From Alphaproteobacteria bacterium (lineage in GTDB: Bacteria > Pseudomonadota > Alphaproteobacteria > UBA828): a stretch of DNA of 42,982 nucleotides. The position numbers and the translations under genes are program-made. Of the stretch, positions 11,252 through 20,963 are shown piece by piece. Location of the stretch: positions 1 to 42,982 of the forward strand of contig VGET01000004.1 of the NCBI GenBank assembly GCA_016869195.1, in the 5' to 3' direction. Numbering within the stretch: the stretch's first letter is position 1; each line of letters begins with the position of its first letter. The notes beneath the pieces were generated by a model, which did not search any database, was not told the origin of the DNA, and was given only the letters and a program-made list of their open reading frames with translations.

Positions 11252-11422
11252 CCTCGATCGGCCTTCATTTTGGCTGCGACTCCTGACGCCCTTCGCCCAC
11301 CCAAAATGGCGCAACGGAGGCGCCCATCGGGCAGGTATGACATCGATTGGCCGCGTGCATCGGTCCATCAGCGGATCGCGCCTTCTATGTCCACCACAGT
11401 CGCTAGATTTAGCAATCCCACG

Positions 11423-11555
11423 CCGTATCCCTCTCCGCCTGCGGGGCGGAGAGGGTGGCGCGCGCCTGCGCGCCGGGTGAGGTGGGGACTGGCTGATCGA
11501 CCGAATCCGCCCCCCACCTCTCCCCAACCCTCTCCGCCCCCGAGGGCGGAGAGGG
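11423..11555. repeat. Composite REP-like palindromic element, CCCTCTCC/GGAGAGGG family
   Basis: Hairpins 11429-11455 and 11528-11555 plus GAGGTGGGG/CCCCACCTC inverted arms; homologous to 2836-3050. Confidence 0.85.
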
Positions 11556-11589
11556 AGCGCGGGGCGATGTACACGCGGAAGCAATCCCG

Positions 11590-12465
11590 ATGATTCTCGA
11601 GATCTTCGAGATCATCGCGCCGGTGTTTCTCTGCGCCGGCGTCGGCTACCTCTGGCGCAAGTCGAAGCAGCCCTACGACACGGCGCTCGTCACCCGCCTG
11701 GTCTCGATAATCGGCGCGCCCTGCCTGATCTTCTCGACGCTCGTCGGGCTCGAGGGCATGGCGGGCGAGATCGGCGAGATGCTGATCGCCTCGCTGCTCG
11801 CGGTCTCGGGCGCGGCGGTCGTGTCGTTCCTCGCGCTGCGCGGCCTCGGCCTGCCCTGGCGCACCTATCTTGCGGCGCTGATCTTCCCCAATGCGGGCAA
11901 TATGGGCCTGCCGCTCTGCTTGTTCGCGTTCGGCGAGCAAGGTCTCGCGCTCGGCATTGGCTTCTTCGCGGTGACGGCGACACTCAACCTCACCCTCGGC
12001 AATTGGTTCTATTCGGGCGCGCCCATGCCGTGGAAGGCGCTGAAGACGCCGATCCCCTACGCGGTCGGGCTCGGCCTCGTGCTGATGGCGACCGGCGCGA
12101 CCCCGCCCGATGTCATCGTCAAGACGACGAAGCTCCTGGGCGGCGTCGCGATACCCCTCATGATGCTGTCTTTGGGGGTGTCGCTGGCCGAGCTCGGCAT
12201 CACCCAACCGAAGCGCACCGTCATGCTCGCGCTACTGCGTTTCGGGGTCGGGCTCGGCGTCGGCTATCTGATCGCGCTCGCCTTCGGCTTCGAGGGGGCG
12301 CAGCGCGGCGTCGTGATGATCCAGAGCGCCATGCCGGTCGCCGTGTTCAACTATCTTTTCGCCGCCTACCACAAGCGCAACGCGGCCGAGATCGCGAGCC
12401 TGGTGGTCGTCTCCTCGGCCCTTGCGTTCCTGACCATGCCGCTGCTGGTCTATCTCGCGAGGTGA
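11590..12465 (+). CDS. AEC (auxin efflux carrier) family transporter
   Basis: 291 aa polytopic membrane protein; PCLIFS, FPNAGNMGLPL, AIPLMMLSLG, QSAMPVAV. Confidence 0.9.
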   Translation: MILEIFEIIAPVFLCAGVGYLWRKSKQPYDTALVTRLVSIIGAPCLIFSTLVGLEGMAGEIGEMLIASLLAVSGAAVVSFLALRGLGLPWRTYLAALIFPNAGNMGLPLCLFAFGEQGLALGIGFFAVTATLNLTLGNWFYSGAPMPWKALKTPIPYAVGLGLVLMATGATPPDVIVKTTKLLGGVAIPLMMLSLGVSLAELGITQPKRTVMLALLRFGVGLGVGYLIALAFGFEGAQRGVVMIQSAMPVAVFNYLFAAYHKRNAAEIASLVVVSSALAFLTMPLLVYLAR

Positions 12466-12541
12466 TTGGCTTTTCCCTGGCTTGACAGGCGCGGGCGCGC
12501 GGACGAGCTATTAGCAGCCCACTGGCTCGAGGATTGTCGCC

Positions 12542-13099
12542 ATGCCCCTATCCCCGCCCGCCGCGCGCGAGCGCCTGCACACCCGCACCATTACCTGCCA
12601 CGGCTATCAGCGCGCGGACGGCCTGTTCGACATCGAGGGCCACATCACCGACGTGAAGACCACACCCGTGCCGAACGAATGGCGCCGCGACATCCCCCCC
12701 GGCGTGCCGATCCACGAGATGTGGGCGCGGCTCACCCTCGACAAGGACATGCTGGTGGTGAGCGCCGAGGCCGCCTCCGATCACACGCCCTACGAGATCT
12801 GCCCGGCGGTCGCGCCGAGCTTCGCCGCGCTCGCGGGCCTGCGCATCGGCCCGGGCTGGCGCAAGCTGGTGAAGGAGACGGTGGGCGGCACCAAGGGCTG
12901 CACCCATATCGTGGAGCTGATCGGCGTGCTCGGCACCGTCGCCTATCAGACCCTCTGGCCGGTGCGCGCCAAGGAGTACAAGTCGAGCCCGACGACGCGC
13001 CCGCCCATTCTCGACACCTGCCACGCGCTGCGCTCCGACGGTCCGGTGGTGAAGCGCTTTTTCCCCACCCACTATGTCGGAGACGGGAAGCCTCGTTAG
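12542..13099 (+). CDS. DUF2889 domain protein
   Basis: MPLS..RERLHTRTI, PIHEM, TPYEICP, GGTKGCTH, DTCHAL pattern. Confidence 0.85.
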   Translation: MPLSPPAARERLHTRTITCHGYQRADGLFDIEGHITDVKTTPVPNEWRRDIPPGVPIHEMWARLTLDKDMLVVSAEAASDHTPYEICPAVAPSFAALAGLRIGPGWRKLVKETVGGTKGCTHIVELIGVLGTVAYQTLWPVRAKEYKSSPTTRPPILDTCHALRSDGPVVKRFFPTHYVGDGKPR

Positions 13100-13140
13100 T
13101 TCGAACAGTTTCAACGCTAATGGAGACAGTCAGCTATCGG

Positions 13141-13265
13141 CGTCATTCCGGCCGCTAAGCGAGCCGAGCGCTTGGCGCGCTCGAATTGCGAGCGTTGCGA
13201 GCCGGAATCCATCGTCGCCATATTTGCGAACGGCGCCATGGATTCCCGCTTGCGCGGGAATGACG
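13141..13265. repeat. CGTC-tagged REP doublet with enlarged loop
   Basis: CGTCATTCCGG[~50 nt]CCGGAATCCA ... TGGATTCCCGCTTGCGCGGGAATGACG; right unit is the reverse complement of the left unit at 24150-24175. Confidence 0.9.
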
Positions 13266-13300
13266 AACCAAGGGTCACGTCCAAGCGTTCCGCGCCCGAG

Positions 13301-13573
13301 CTAACCATCCTCTTCCGGCGTGCGCGTGGTGAGCGCGAGGGCGTGCAGGCCACCCGCGAATTCGTCCGCCAGAATCGAATAGACCAGACGCTGACGCGCG
13401 ACCCGGCTCATGCCGCGAAACGCGGCCGAGGTGATCTCGACCGTGAAGTGGGTCTCGCCGCCGTGTTTCGCCCCGGCGTGCCCGATATGGCGATCGGAAT
13501 CATCGATCACCTCGAGGCGGTCTGGAGTCAGGCGGGCCTTAAGCTTTTGTTTGATAGTGTCGATCACGGCCAT
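13301..13573 (-). CDS. bolA: BolA family protein
   Basis: LEVIDDSDRHIGHAG, GETHF, FRGMSRVARQRLVY, LHAL. Confidence 0.95.
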   Translation of the reverse strand: MAVIDTIKQKLKARLTPDRLEVIDDSDRHIGHAGAKHGGETHFTVEITSAAFRGMSRVARQRLVYSILADEFAGGLHALALTTRTPEEDG

Positions 13574-13643
13574 GGCGCGGCACGGTGAGCGGACGGCCGT
13601 TCGCTGTCAAGCCTCGGAGAGGACGGGAAAACCGGGCGATTCC

Positions 13644-13672
13644 TTGATTGGGCCCAAACGTAAGCGCATAGT
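13644..13672 (+). promoter_or_regulatory. Putative sigma70 promoter of the J-domain gene (possibly leaderless)
   Basis: TTGATT-N17-CATAGT; ATG begins 7 nt after the -10 box and no SD is visible. Confidence 0.4.
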
Positions 13673-13678
13673 GTTCGA

Positions 13679-14317
13679 ATGACCAGAATCCAGGGCAATC
13701 GAGTGGCCCGCGATGGCCGGGTGCAGGATGGCGTCGAGCGCGCCTGCGAGCACCCCGGTTGTCGAGAGCCCGCGCACTATCGCGCGCCGCGCGGCCCCGA
13801 GGCGCTCAACGCCTATCGCTGGTTCTGCCTCGACCATGTGCGCGCGTTCAACCAGGGCTGGGACTATTTTGCCGGCTGGAGCCAGCCCGAGATCGAGCGC
13901 TTTCAACGCGAATCCGTCACCGGCCATCGCCCGACCTGGCCGCTCGGCAAGCGCCCGCACGACCGCGACCCCGATTGGCGCTACCACGCCGCCCGCCAGG
14001 CCTTCCGCAATTTCGCGCGCGAATGGCTGGATGAGGACGTGATGAATGATGCCGAGCAGCGCGGCAGCCGGCGCACAAAGAACGGAAATAACGGTGATTT
14101 TGACGAGACCCAAAAGCGCCAGGGCTCGCCCTGGGCCGAGGCGTTGGCGGCGCTTGGCCTTGACGGCCCGGTCAGCAAGATCGAGCTGAAACGGCGCTAC
14201 AAGGAGCTGGTGAAGCGCCACCACCCTGACGCGAATGGCGGTTCGCGCGAGTCCGAAGAACGATTGAAATTGATCAACCGGGCCTATACTTATCTGCGTC
14301 AGCAGATTGTGCAATGA
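13679..14317 (+). CDS. J-domain (DnaJ-like) co-chaperone
   Basis: N-terminal CEHPGC...WFCLDHVRAFN, TGHRPTW; C-terminal J domain RYKELVKRHHPDANGG. Confidence 0.92.
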   Translation: MTRIQGNRVARDGRVQDGVERACEHPGCREPAHYRAPRGPEALNAYRWFCLDHVRAFNQGWDYFAGWSQPEIERFQRESVTGHRPTWPLGKRPHDRDPDWRYHAARQAFRNFAREWLDEDVMNDAEQRGSRRTKNGNNGDFDETQKRQGSPWAEALAALGLDGPVSKIELKRRYKELVKRHHPDANGGSRESEERLKLINRAYTYLRQQIVQ

Positions 14318-14364
14318 TGGCAGGCTCCTAGGCTGCCATTCCGTTCCCAGAAGGGTTCCCGTTC

Positions 14365-15372
14365 ATGGCCATGGAAATGACCGCGGGCGCCGGCGAGACC
14401 CGTTCGGCCCGCGTTCCCGACATTCAAGTGTCGGTCAGACAGGTATTTGGCATCGATTCCGACATGGTGGTGCCGGCGTTTTCGACGCCCGATGACTATG
14501 TGCCGGCGGTCGATTCCGCCTACCGGTTCGACCGCGACACCACGATGGCCATTCTCGCCGGCTTCGCGCACAACCGTCGCGTGATGATCCAGGGCTATCA
14601 CGGCACGGGCAAGTCGACCCACATCGAGCAGGTCGCGGCCCGGCTCAACTGGGCCTGCATCCGCATCAACCTCGACAGCCACATCAGCCGCATCGACCTC
14701 GTCGGCAAGGACGCCATCGTGATCCGCGACGGCAAGCAGGTCACCGAGTTCCGCGAAGGCATGCTGCCCTGGGCGCTGCAGAATCCGGTCGCGCTCGTGT
14801 TCGACGAATATGACGCCGGCCGGCCGGATGTGATGTTCGTGATCCAGCGCGTGCTCGAGGTCGACGGCAAGATGACCCTGCTAGACCAGAACCGCGTGCT
14901 GAAGCCGCACCCGGCGTTTCGCGTCTTCGCCACCGCCAACACGGTCGGCCTCGGCGACACCACCGGCCTTTATCACGGCACGCAGCAGATCAACCAGGGC
15001 CAGATGGACCGCTGGAACATCGTGGCCACGCTCAATTATCTGCCGCACGATGAGGAAGTGGCGATCGTGCTCGCGAAGTCGCCCACCTATTCATCGCCCG
15101 AGCAGAAGAAGCTGATCGATGCCATGGTCGAGGTCGCGTCCCTCACGCGCGCGGGCTTCATGGCAGGTGACGTGTCGACCGTGATGTCGCCGCGCACCGT
15201 GATGCATTGGGCCGAGAACGCCAAGATCTTCGGCGATGTCGGCTATGCCTTCCGCGTCACCTTCCTCAACAAATGCGACGAGCTGGAACGGCCGACGGTC
15301 GCCGAGTACTACCAGCGCTGCCTCGGCAAGGAGCTGCCGGAATCGGCGGCCAAGGCGCGCCCATCGCGCTGA
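14365..15372 (+). CDS. cobS: Cobaltochelatase subunit CobS (AAA+ ATPase)
   Basis: [10 protein letters not shown] Walker [32 protein letters not shown]. Confidence 0.96.
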   Translation: MAMEMTAGAGETRSARVPDIQVSVRQVFGIDSDMVVPAFSTPDDYVPAVDSAYRFDRDTTMAILAGFAHNRRVMIQGYHGTGKSTHIEQVAARLNWACIRINLDSHISRIDLVGKDAIVIRDGKQVTEFREGMLPWALQNPVALVFDEYDAGRPDVMFVIQRVLEVDGKMTLLDQNRVLKPHPAFRVFATANTVGLGDTTGLYHGTQQINQGQMDRWNIVATLNYLPHDEEVAIVLAKSPTYSSPEQKKLIDAMVEVASLTRAGFMAGDVSTVMSPRTVMHWAENAKIFGDVGYAFRVTFLNKCDELERPTVAEYYQRCLGKELPESAAKARPSR

Positions 15373-15392
15373 GCGGTTGAGGTTTATCGGAC

Positions 15393-17297
15393 GTGGCGGA
15401 CCAGGAAAGCGATCTCGAGCGCTTCCAGCGCGCGGTCAGCTCGGCCATGCGGGCGCTGGCGGGTGATGACGAGCTCGTGGTCTCGTTCGGCGCCGAACAG
15501 GCGCGCGTCGTCGGCCATGCCGCCGAGCTGCCGTTCCCGACGCACGAGGCGCTGACCAATGACGACGTCGCGCTGGTGCGCGGCTCCGCCGATGGTCTCG
15601 CGCTTCGGCTGCGCTATCACGACCACGGCCGACATACGCGCACCCAGCCCAAGGGCCGCACCTCGCGCGCGATCTATGACGCGGTCGAGCAGGCGAGGGT
15701 CGAGGCAATCGGCGCACGCCGCCTCCTCGGTGTTGCCGAGAACCTCAATGCCTCGCTCGAACAACGCTGCCGCGCCAAGGGCTATGACCACATCACGGTG
15801 GCTGAGCAGGCGCCCTTGGCCGAGGCGCTCGGGCTTTGGGTGCGCGAGGCGCTGACCCATCAGGCACTGCCTGATGCCGCCAAGAAGGTCGCGGATCTGT
15901 GGCGGCCCTGGCTCGAAGGCACCATTCCTCCGGCGCGGCTGAAGGCGCTCGGCGCGGCGCTCGAGAATCAGGACGCGTTCGGCAAGGCCGTGAAGGGCCT
16001 GATCAAGGATCTCCACCTCGAGGAGGACGATTCCGAGAGCGAGGACGACGCCGAGAGCAACGCGCCGCCCGAAGAGACCGAGGACGACAATCAGGGCGAG
16101 GCCGGCGCGGCCCAGACCGGCGAGAAGCTCGAGGGCGAGGGCGAAAGCGAGAGCGAGGTCGATGCCGGCGAAGACGCCGATGACTCGGACGATTCAGACG
16201 CCGATGCCGACGCGACCACCGGCGAGGGCGAAGAGGAATCGGAGGAAGGCGGGCGGCGGCGCATGCTGCCCCATGGTGGGCCCGACACGCCGGGCGAGCC
16301 GCCCTACAAATCGTTCACGCTCGAGTTCGACGAGGTGGTCGAAGCCGACCAGCTCTGCGATTCGGAGGAGCTGACGCGGCTGCGCGCCCAGCTCGACCAG
16401 CAATTGGCGCAGCTCCAGCACGTCATCGGGCGCCTCGCCAATCGGCTCCAGCGGAAGCTGCTCGCGCGCCAGACGCGTGCTTGGGAGTTCGATCTCGAGG
16501 AAGGCGCGCTCGACGCGGCCCGCCTCTCGCGCGTCGTGACCAACCCGCTCCATCCCCTCTCCTACAAGCAGGAGAAGGAAACCGAGTTCCGCGATACGGT
16601 GGTCTCGCTCCTGCTCGACAATTCGGGCTCGATGCGCGGCCGCCCGATCATGGTGGCAGCGATGAGCGCCGACATCCTCGCGCGCACGCTCGAGCGCTGC
16701 GGCGTCAAGGTCGAGATCCTGGGCTTCACCACGCGTGCCTGGAAGGGCGGCCAGTCACGCGAGAAGTGGCTGGCGGAGGGCCGCCCGCGCAACCCCGGCC
16801 GGCTCAACGATCTCCGCCATATCGTCTACAAGCCGGCCGATGCGCCCTGGCGGCGCGCGCGCCGGAGCTTGGGCCTCATGCTGCGTGAAGGTCTCCTCAA
16901 GGAGAACATCGACGGCGAGGCCCTCCTCTGGGCCCATGAGCGCCTGCTCGGCCGGCCCGAGGAGCGGCGCATCATGATGGTGATCTCCGATGGCGCGCCG
17001 GTCGATGATTCGACGCTCTCGGTCAATGCGCGCAATTATCTCGAGCGGCATCTGCGCCAGGTGATCGGCTGGATCGAATCAAGCAAGGTCGTAGAGCTGA
17101 TCGCGATCGGCATCGGCCATGATGTCACCCGCTACTACCATCGCGCGGTCACGATCACCGATGCCGAGCAGCTCGGCGGCACGATGACCGAGCAGCTGGC
17201 CGAGATGTTCAGCGAGACAGCGGCGAAGAAGCCCCAGCCCTCGCGCGCGCCGCGAAAGTCGGCGGCGCCACAGGCGCCGGTCCGGCTGGTTCACTGA
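15393..17297 (+). CDS. cobT: Cobaltochelatase subunit CobT (VWA domain)
   Basis: Acidic linker, [44 protein letters not shown]. Confidence 0.96.
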   Translation: MADQESDLERFQRAVSSAMRALAGDDELVVSFGAEQARVVGHAAELPFPTHEALTNDDVALVRGSADGLALRLRYHDHGRHTRTQPKGRTSRAIYDAVEQARVEAIGARRLLGVAENLNASLEQRCRAKGYDHITVAEQAPLAEALGLWVREALTHQALPDAAKKVADLWRPWLEGTIPPARLKALGAALENQDAFGKAVKGLIKDLHLEEDDSESEDDAESNAPPEETEDDNQGEAGAAQTGEKLEGEGESESEVDAGEDADDSDDSDADADATTGEGEEESEEGGRRRMLPHGGPDTPGEPPYKSFTLEFDEVVEADQLCDSEELTRLRAQLDQQLAQLQHVIGRLANRLQRKLLARQTRAWEFDLEEGALDAARLSRVVTNPLHPLSYKQEKETEFRDTVVSLLLDNSGSMRGRPIMVAAMSADILARTLERCGVKVEILGFTTRAWKGGQSREKWLAEGRPRNPGRLNDLRHIVYKPADAPWRRARRSLGLMLREGLLKENIDGEALLWAHERLLGRPEERRIMMVISDGAPVDDSTLSVNARNYLERHLRQVIGWIESSKVVELIAIGIGHDVTRYYHRAVTITDAEQLGGTMTEQLAEMFSETAAKKPQPSRAPRKSAAPQAPVRLVH

Positions 17298-17337
17298 CCG
17301 CGCAACGCAAGCGACCATCAATCAGCCCTATCCACAA

Positions 17338-17432
17338 CGTCGTGCCCGGGCCGGCGGGGCTTTACCCGCCGTGACCCGGGCATCCAGAGCCTCAGTCTTG
17401 CTGGATTGCCGGGTCAATGCCCGGCAATGACG
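17338..17432. repeat. CGTC-tagged REP doublet with nested hairpin
   Basis: CGTCGTGCCCGGG[CCGGCGGGGCTTTACCCGCCGTGA]CCCGGGCATCCA ... TGGATTGCCGGGTCAATGCCCGGCAATGACG; between convergent genes. Confidence 0.85.
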
Positions 17433-17467
17433 CGTTGGAGTGAGGGGCGCCGCAAAAGGCCTTTTCG

Positions 17468-18472
17468 TCAACCGCCCTGCAGCGCCTGAAGCTTCTGCTG
17501 CCGCTCGATCTGAAGCTGAATGCGCATGTTCTCGAGCGCGCTCGCCTGCTGCTGGAAGCTCGCCAGCGCCGCATCGTCGAACGAGCCGGCCTCGACGCCG
17601 TTGACATAGGTCGTCCGCACGTTGAGCAGATTGCCCTCGACATCGAATGACGTCGGGATGTTGGAGAGCGCGTCGAGCACGATCTGGCGATTCGCATCGT
17701 CGGCGGGGCCGGCCGAGGGCGCGGCGTTCACCGCGGCCAGCATCTGGTCATAGGCGCTCCGGCCATTCGCGACGTGGCCATAGCCCTGCGAGATGATATC
17801 GCGCGCACCGGCAAAGGCCTCAGGCCCCACCTGATTGCCCTTCACCAGCTCGATCTGTGTGCTCAACAGGTGTACAAGCACGTCGGCTTCGGCCTTCATC
17901 GCCGAATAGAGGTAGAAACTCACGTTCGGGCCGGCCTTGATGTCGATCTGCTGCTGATAGAGCATGGCCTGGTTCGCGATCTGCCCGCGCGTCAGCTCCA
18001 GGTTCTTGATCGTGCGCTGAAGATAGAAGTTCTCGTCCCGATGGCGCCCCGCCTCGACCAGGCGCTCACCGGCCTCGATCGCCTCGAGCGTCACTGAGCG
18101 TGTGCTCTCGGCCATTTGGAGCGTGGTCGCAAGCGTGCGGCGCATCTGGTCATCGACCACGCTCGGCGGCGGCGGGCTCGCCGCCAGTTGCGCTGACAGC
18201 TCGGCATGCCGTGCGCGCAGCCGCATGGAGAGTTCCTGCACGTTCCGCGCCGCATCCTCATCGCTCATCTGTCCGCTGAACACGGCGTCGGCCAGCACAT
18301 CGTACGACGTGGTCTCCTCATAGACCTGACTGAAGCCCGCGATCAGCACGTTCAGGCTTTGAGAGTATTCCGCCCCCTGCTTGATTTCTTCCAGGGTTGG
18401 CAAAGCACGCGCGGTCAAGGGCGTGGCTACCGCCAGCACCGCGAACAAGGCCATAATCAGCAGTTTCCGCAT
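17468..18472 (-). CDS. Hypothetical secreted protein, probably all-helical
   Basis: ATG 18472 with GGAGG RBS; signal peptide MRKLLIMALFAVLAVATPLTARA; Gln/Ala-rich amphipathic helices; no family recognised. Confidence 0.8.
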   Translation of the reverse strand: MRKLLIMALFAVLAVATPLTARALPTLEEIKQGAEYSQSLNVLIAGFSQVYEETTSYDVLADAVFSGQMSDEDAARNVQELSMRLRARHAELSAQLAASPPPPSVVDDQMRRTLATTLQMAESTRSVTLEAIEAGERLVEAGRHRDENFYLQRTIKNLELTRGQIANQAMLYQQQIDIKAGPNVSFYLYSAMKAEADVLVHLLSTQIELVKGNQVGPEAFAGARDIISQGYGHVANGRSAYDQMLAAVNAAPSAGPADDANRQIVLDALSNIPTSFDVEGNLLNVRTTYVNGVEAGSFDDAALASFQQQASALENMRIQLQIERQQKLQALQGG

Positions 18473-18536
18473 CGGGTCCTCCGCATGTTGGTTAACCAAT
18501 CTTATTCAAAGGGAGCCGGCGGTGCCTGTAAGCGGC

Positions 18537-18590
18537 GACACAGCGTTGTGTCAGCGGACACATGGCCGGTTGTGTCCGCCGACACAGCGC
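18537..18590. promoter_or_regulatory. Array of alternating GACACA/TGTGTC hexamers (operator array or long hairpin)
   Basis: GACACA 18537, TGTGTC 18547, GACACA 18557, TGTGTC 18571, GACACA 18581; 18/20 inverted repeat 18543-18562 vs 18571-18590. Confidence 0.55.
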
Positions 18591-18606
18591 TTCGCGATAC
18601 CTCGGC

Positions 18607-19371
18607 TTAGCCGATAGTGCGCTTGAGGAACTCGGTCGTGCGCTGCCAGGCGAGCGCGGCATCGGCCTCGTCATAGCGCCCGCCGGTCGGGTTGGCGAAG
18701 GCGTGATCGGCGTCGTACCAATGGGCCTCAAGCGTCTTGCCCGCCGTCTTCATCTCGGCCGCGAAGCCATCGACCATGGCGCGGTTGATCCACTGGTCCT
18801 TCTCGGCGAAATGGCCTAGCACCGGGCCGACCAGGGGGCCGAGCTCGGCCGCCTGCTTGGCGACATTGCCGTAATAGACAATTGTGCCATCGACAGGCAC
18901 GGCGAGGCTCGCGTTGAGCGACCAGCCGCCGCCGAAGCACCAGCCGATTGTCGCGACCTTGCCGGTCGCGCGCGCGTCCTTCTTGAGCCAGCTGACCCAA
19001 GATTTGACCGTGTCGGTCGCGACCGCGGCATCGACACCGCCGATCAGCGCCTTCGCCTCATCGGGCGTCTTGGCCACCTGACCGGCGAACAGATCAATCG
19101 CGAGCGCGAGATAGCCGAGCTTGGCGAGCTCGGCGGCGACCGACTTGATCTGGTCATTTAGACCCCACCACTCGTGCACCAGCATGACGGCGGGTGCCGG
19201 CGCGGCCGCGGGCAAGGCCAGCGCCGCGCTCACCGTCTTGCCGCCCTCGGTCGTCAATGACACCGTCTCGAGGCCGGCGGCCGCGGCACGCGCCAAGCGC
19301 GGGTTGGCGAGAACGGTGGCGAGCGACAAGCCGGCGAGACCTACCATCAGCTCACGACGGGCAATGTTCAT
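18607..19371 (-). CDS. Dienelactone hydrolase family protein, Tat-exported
   Basis: Twin-Arg leader ARRELM; HEWWGLN, GWCFGGG nucleophile, HAFANP. Confidence 0.92.
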   Translation of the reverse strand: MNIARRELMVGLAGLSLATVLANPRLARAAAAGLETVSLTTEGGKTVSAALALPAAAPAPAVMLVHEWWGLNDQIKSVAAELAKLGYLALAIDLFAGQVAKTPDEAKALIGGVDAAVATDTVKSWVSWLKKDARATGKVATIGWCFGGGWSLNASLAVPVDGTIVYYGNVAKQAAELGPLVGPVLGHFAEKDQWINRAMVDGFAAEMKTAGKTLEAHWYDADHAFANPTGGRYDEADAALAWQRTTEFLKRTIG

Positions 19372-19438
19372 GGCAACCTCCCTACTTCCTCATCATGTTC
19401 GCACCAGGGGATCGGGCGACGCCTCGACAGGCTTAGAC

Positions 19439-20503
19439 ATGATGCAGACCCGCGTGAAGACAACTGGGCGTGATCGCCCCTTCCGGCCTTGGCCGTGGCG
19501 CATGGCGCTCGCGGTCCTGCTGCTGCTGATGACGCCGTTGGCGGCAGCGCGAGCCGAGCCGGTCTCGATCACCGCGACGCCGATACCGCTTAATGTCGAT
19601 AAGTCCGAGCAGGCCGAGATCGGCCGGCTGCGCTATCTGGGCGGCCTCGAATTGCGCGCGGACAGCGCGCATTTCGGCGGCTTTTCGGGCCTGCTCGTGA
19701 GCGATGACGGGCGCAGCCTGATCGCGCTGTCGGATCGCGGCTCGTGGCTGACCGCCGAGCTCGTCCATGACGATGACGGCCGCCTGATCGGCATGGAGCG
19801 CGCCGACATCGCGCCGGCGCGTCGCCCACCGGGGCGCGCCTTCGACCCCGAGGCCCTGATGTTCCGCCCGCGCGAGAACGACCTCCTCATCACCTCCGAG
19901 CGCAATCACCGCCTGATCGCTTACGAACTGCCGCAGACCCGCAGCCGCTCGACGCCCTATCGCTACAACGCGCACGAACTTGCGCGCTTCAGGCCAAGCG
20001 TGCTGGAGGCTCCACGCGACTTCGCCAACCTCGGCAAGAACGAGGGCATCGAGGCGCTGGTTCAGCTCACGGATGGTCGCCTGTTCGCGCTCGAGGAGGG
20101 CGGTGAAAATCCCGCCGACACGCCGGCGCGCGGCTGGCTGATCGGGTCGAAGGACAAGGTCGAGCGACTGACACTCACGCGCTCCGTCCGCTTCCGCCCG
20201 ACCGATGCGGCGCTACTACCGAATGGCGACGTGCTCGTGCTCGAGCGCCGCTACACCGCGCTTGGCGGCGTGGCGGCGCGGCTACGCGTGCTCGAGCAGG
20301 AGGCGCTCGTCGCTGGCGCCGAGCTTCAGGGCGAGGTGATCGCCGAGCTCGTGCCGCCTGTCTCGGTCGACAACATGGAGGGGCTGGCGGTTCGCCAGGA
20401 CGGTAACCGCACCATCGTCACGCTGATCTCGGACGACAATTTCAATCAGTGGCAGCGCACGATTCTGCTGCAATTCGAGCTACGGCCCGAACGCACGCGC
20501 TGA
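19439..20503 (+). CDS. Esterase-like activity of phytase family protein
   Basis: Signal-like segment, FGGFSGL, LSDRG, NEGIEAL, LVLERRY, DNMEGL, LISDDNFN; start uncertain (19439 or later). Confidence 0.85.
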   Translation: MMQTRVKTTGRDRPFRPWPWRMALAVLLLLMTPLAAARAEPVSITATPIPLNVDKSEQAEIGRLRYLGGLELRADSAHFGGFSGLLVSDDGRSLIALSDRGSWLTAELVHDDDGRLIGMERADIAPARRPPGRAFDPEALMFRPRENDLLITSERNHRLIAYELPQTRSRSTPYRYNAHELARFRPSVLEAPRDFANLGKNEGIEALVQLTDGRLFALEEGGENPADTPARGWLIGSKDKVERLTLTRSVRFRPTDAALLPNGDVLVLERRYTALGGVAARLRVLEQEALVAGAELQGEVIAELVPPVSVDNMEGLAVRQDGNRTIVTLISDDNFNQWQRTILLQFELRPERTR

Positions 20504-20554
20504 CACGTCGCGCCACGCCGCGATCCGGCGTAGCGTCGAACCAAGCGGCTCGGT

Positions 20555-20758
20555 CTATTCTTCTCGAAGGGCGCGCTTGCGAGCGAGCTTGCGGGTGCGA
20601 CGCACCGCCTCGGCCTTCTCGCGGGCGCGACGCTCGGACGGCTTCTCATAGTGCCGCCGCATCTTCATCTCCCGAAAGATGCCTTCACGCTGCATCTTCT
20701 TCTTGAGCGCCTTCAGCGCCTGATCGACGTTATTTTCGCGTACGAGGACTTGGACCAA
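20555..20758 (-). CDS. rpsU: 30S ribosomal protein S21
   Basis: [25 protein letters not shown]...YEKPSE; TTG start at 20758 behind purine-rich RBS. Confidence 0.97.
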   Translation of the reverse strand: MVQVLVRENNVDQALKALKKKMQREGIFREMKMRRHYEKPSERRAREKAEAVRRTRKLARKRALREE

Positions 20759-20826
20759 ACGGAACCCCTCTCCTTTCCCCCAACACAAAAGCGACGAGGC
20801 CATGGCAGCCTCGCCGCGGGGGCGTC

Positions 20827-20855
20827 TCTATAGCACGAGGCCGGCGGCCTGTGAA
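20827..20855 (-). promoter_or_regulatory. Putative sigma70 promoter of rpsU
   Basis: Minus strand TTCACA-N17-TATAGA with extended -10 TG. Confidence 0.6.
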
Positions 20856-20963
20856 GGCCGGGGCGGTGGGACAATTCTTACCCGACCCTTAGGAAATTCG
20901 GCCCGGTGACCATGTGGTGACCAAGGGCTTTACCCAGCGCTTTCCTGACTCCATGATGGGGTC

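Noticed and set aside
16020-16250. Asp/Glu-rich low-complexity repeat
   Set aside because: Normal acidic linker of CobT
18537-18590. Mini CRISPR array
   Set aside because: Repeats are 6-17 bp with 4-8 bp gaps, there are no unique 30-40 bp spacers and no cas genes
19121-19438. N-terminal extensions in the ORF track for the phytase-like gene (similarly aroK, purE, purK, rpsU)
   Set aside because: They overlap neighbouring genes or promoters; downstream starts match family N-termini or have RBS support
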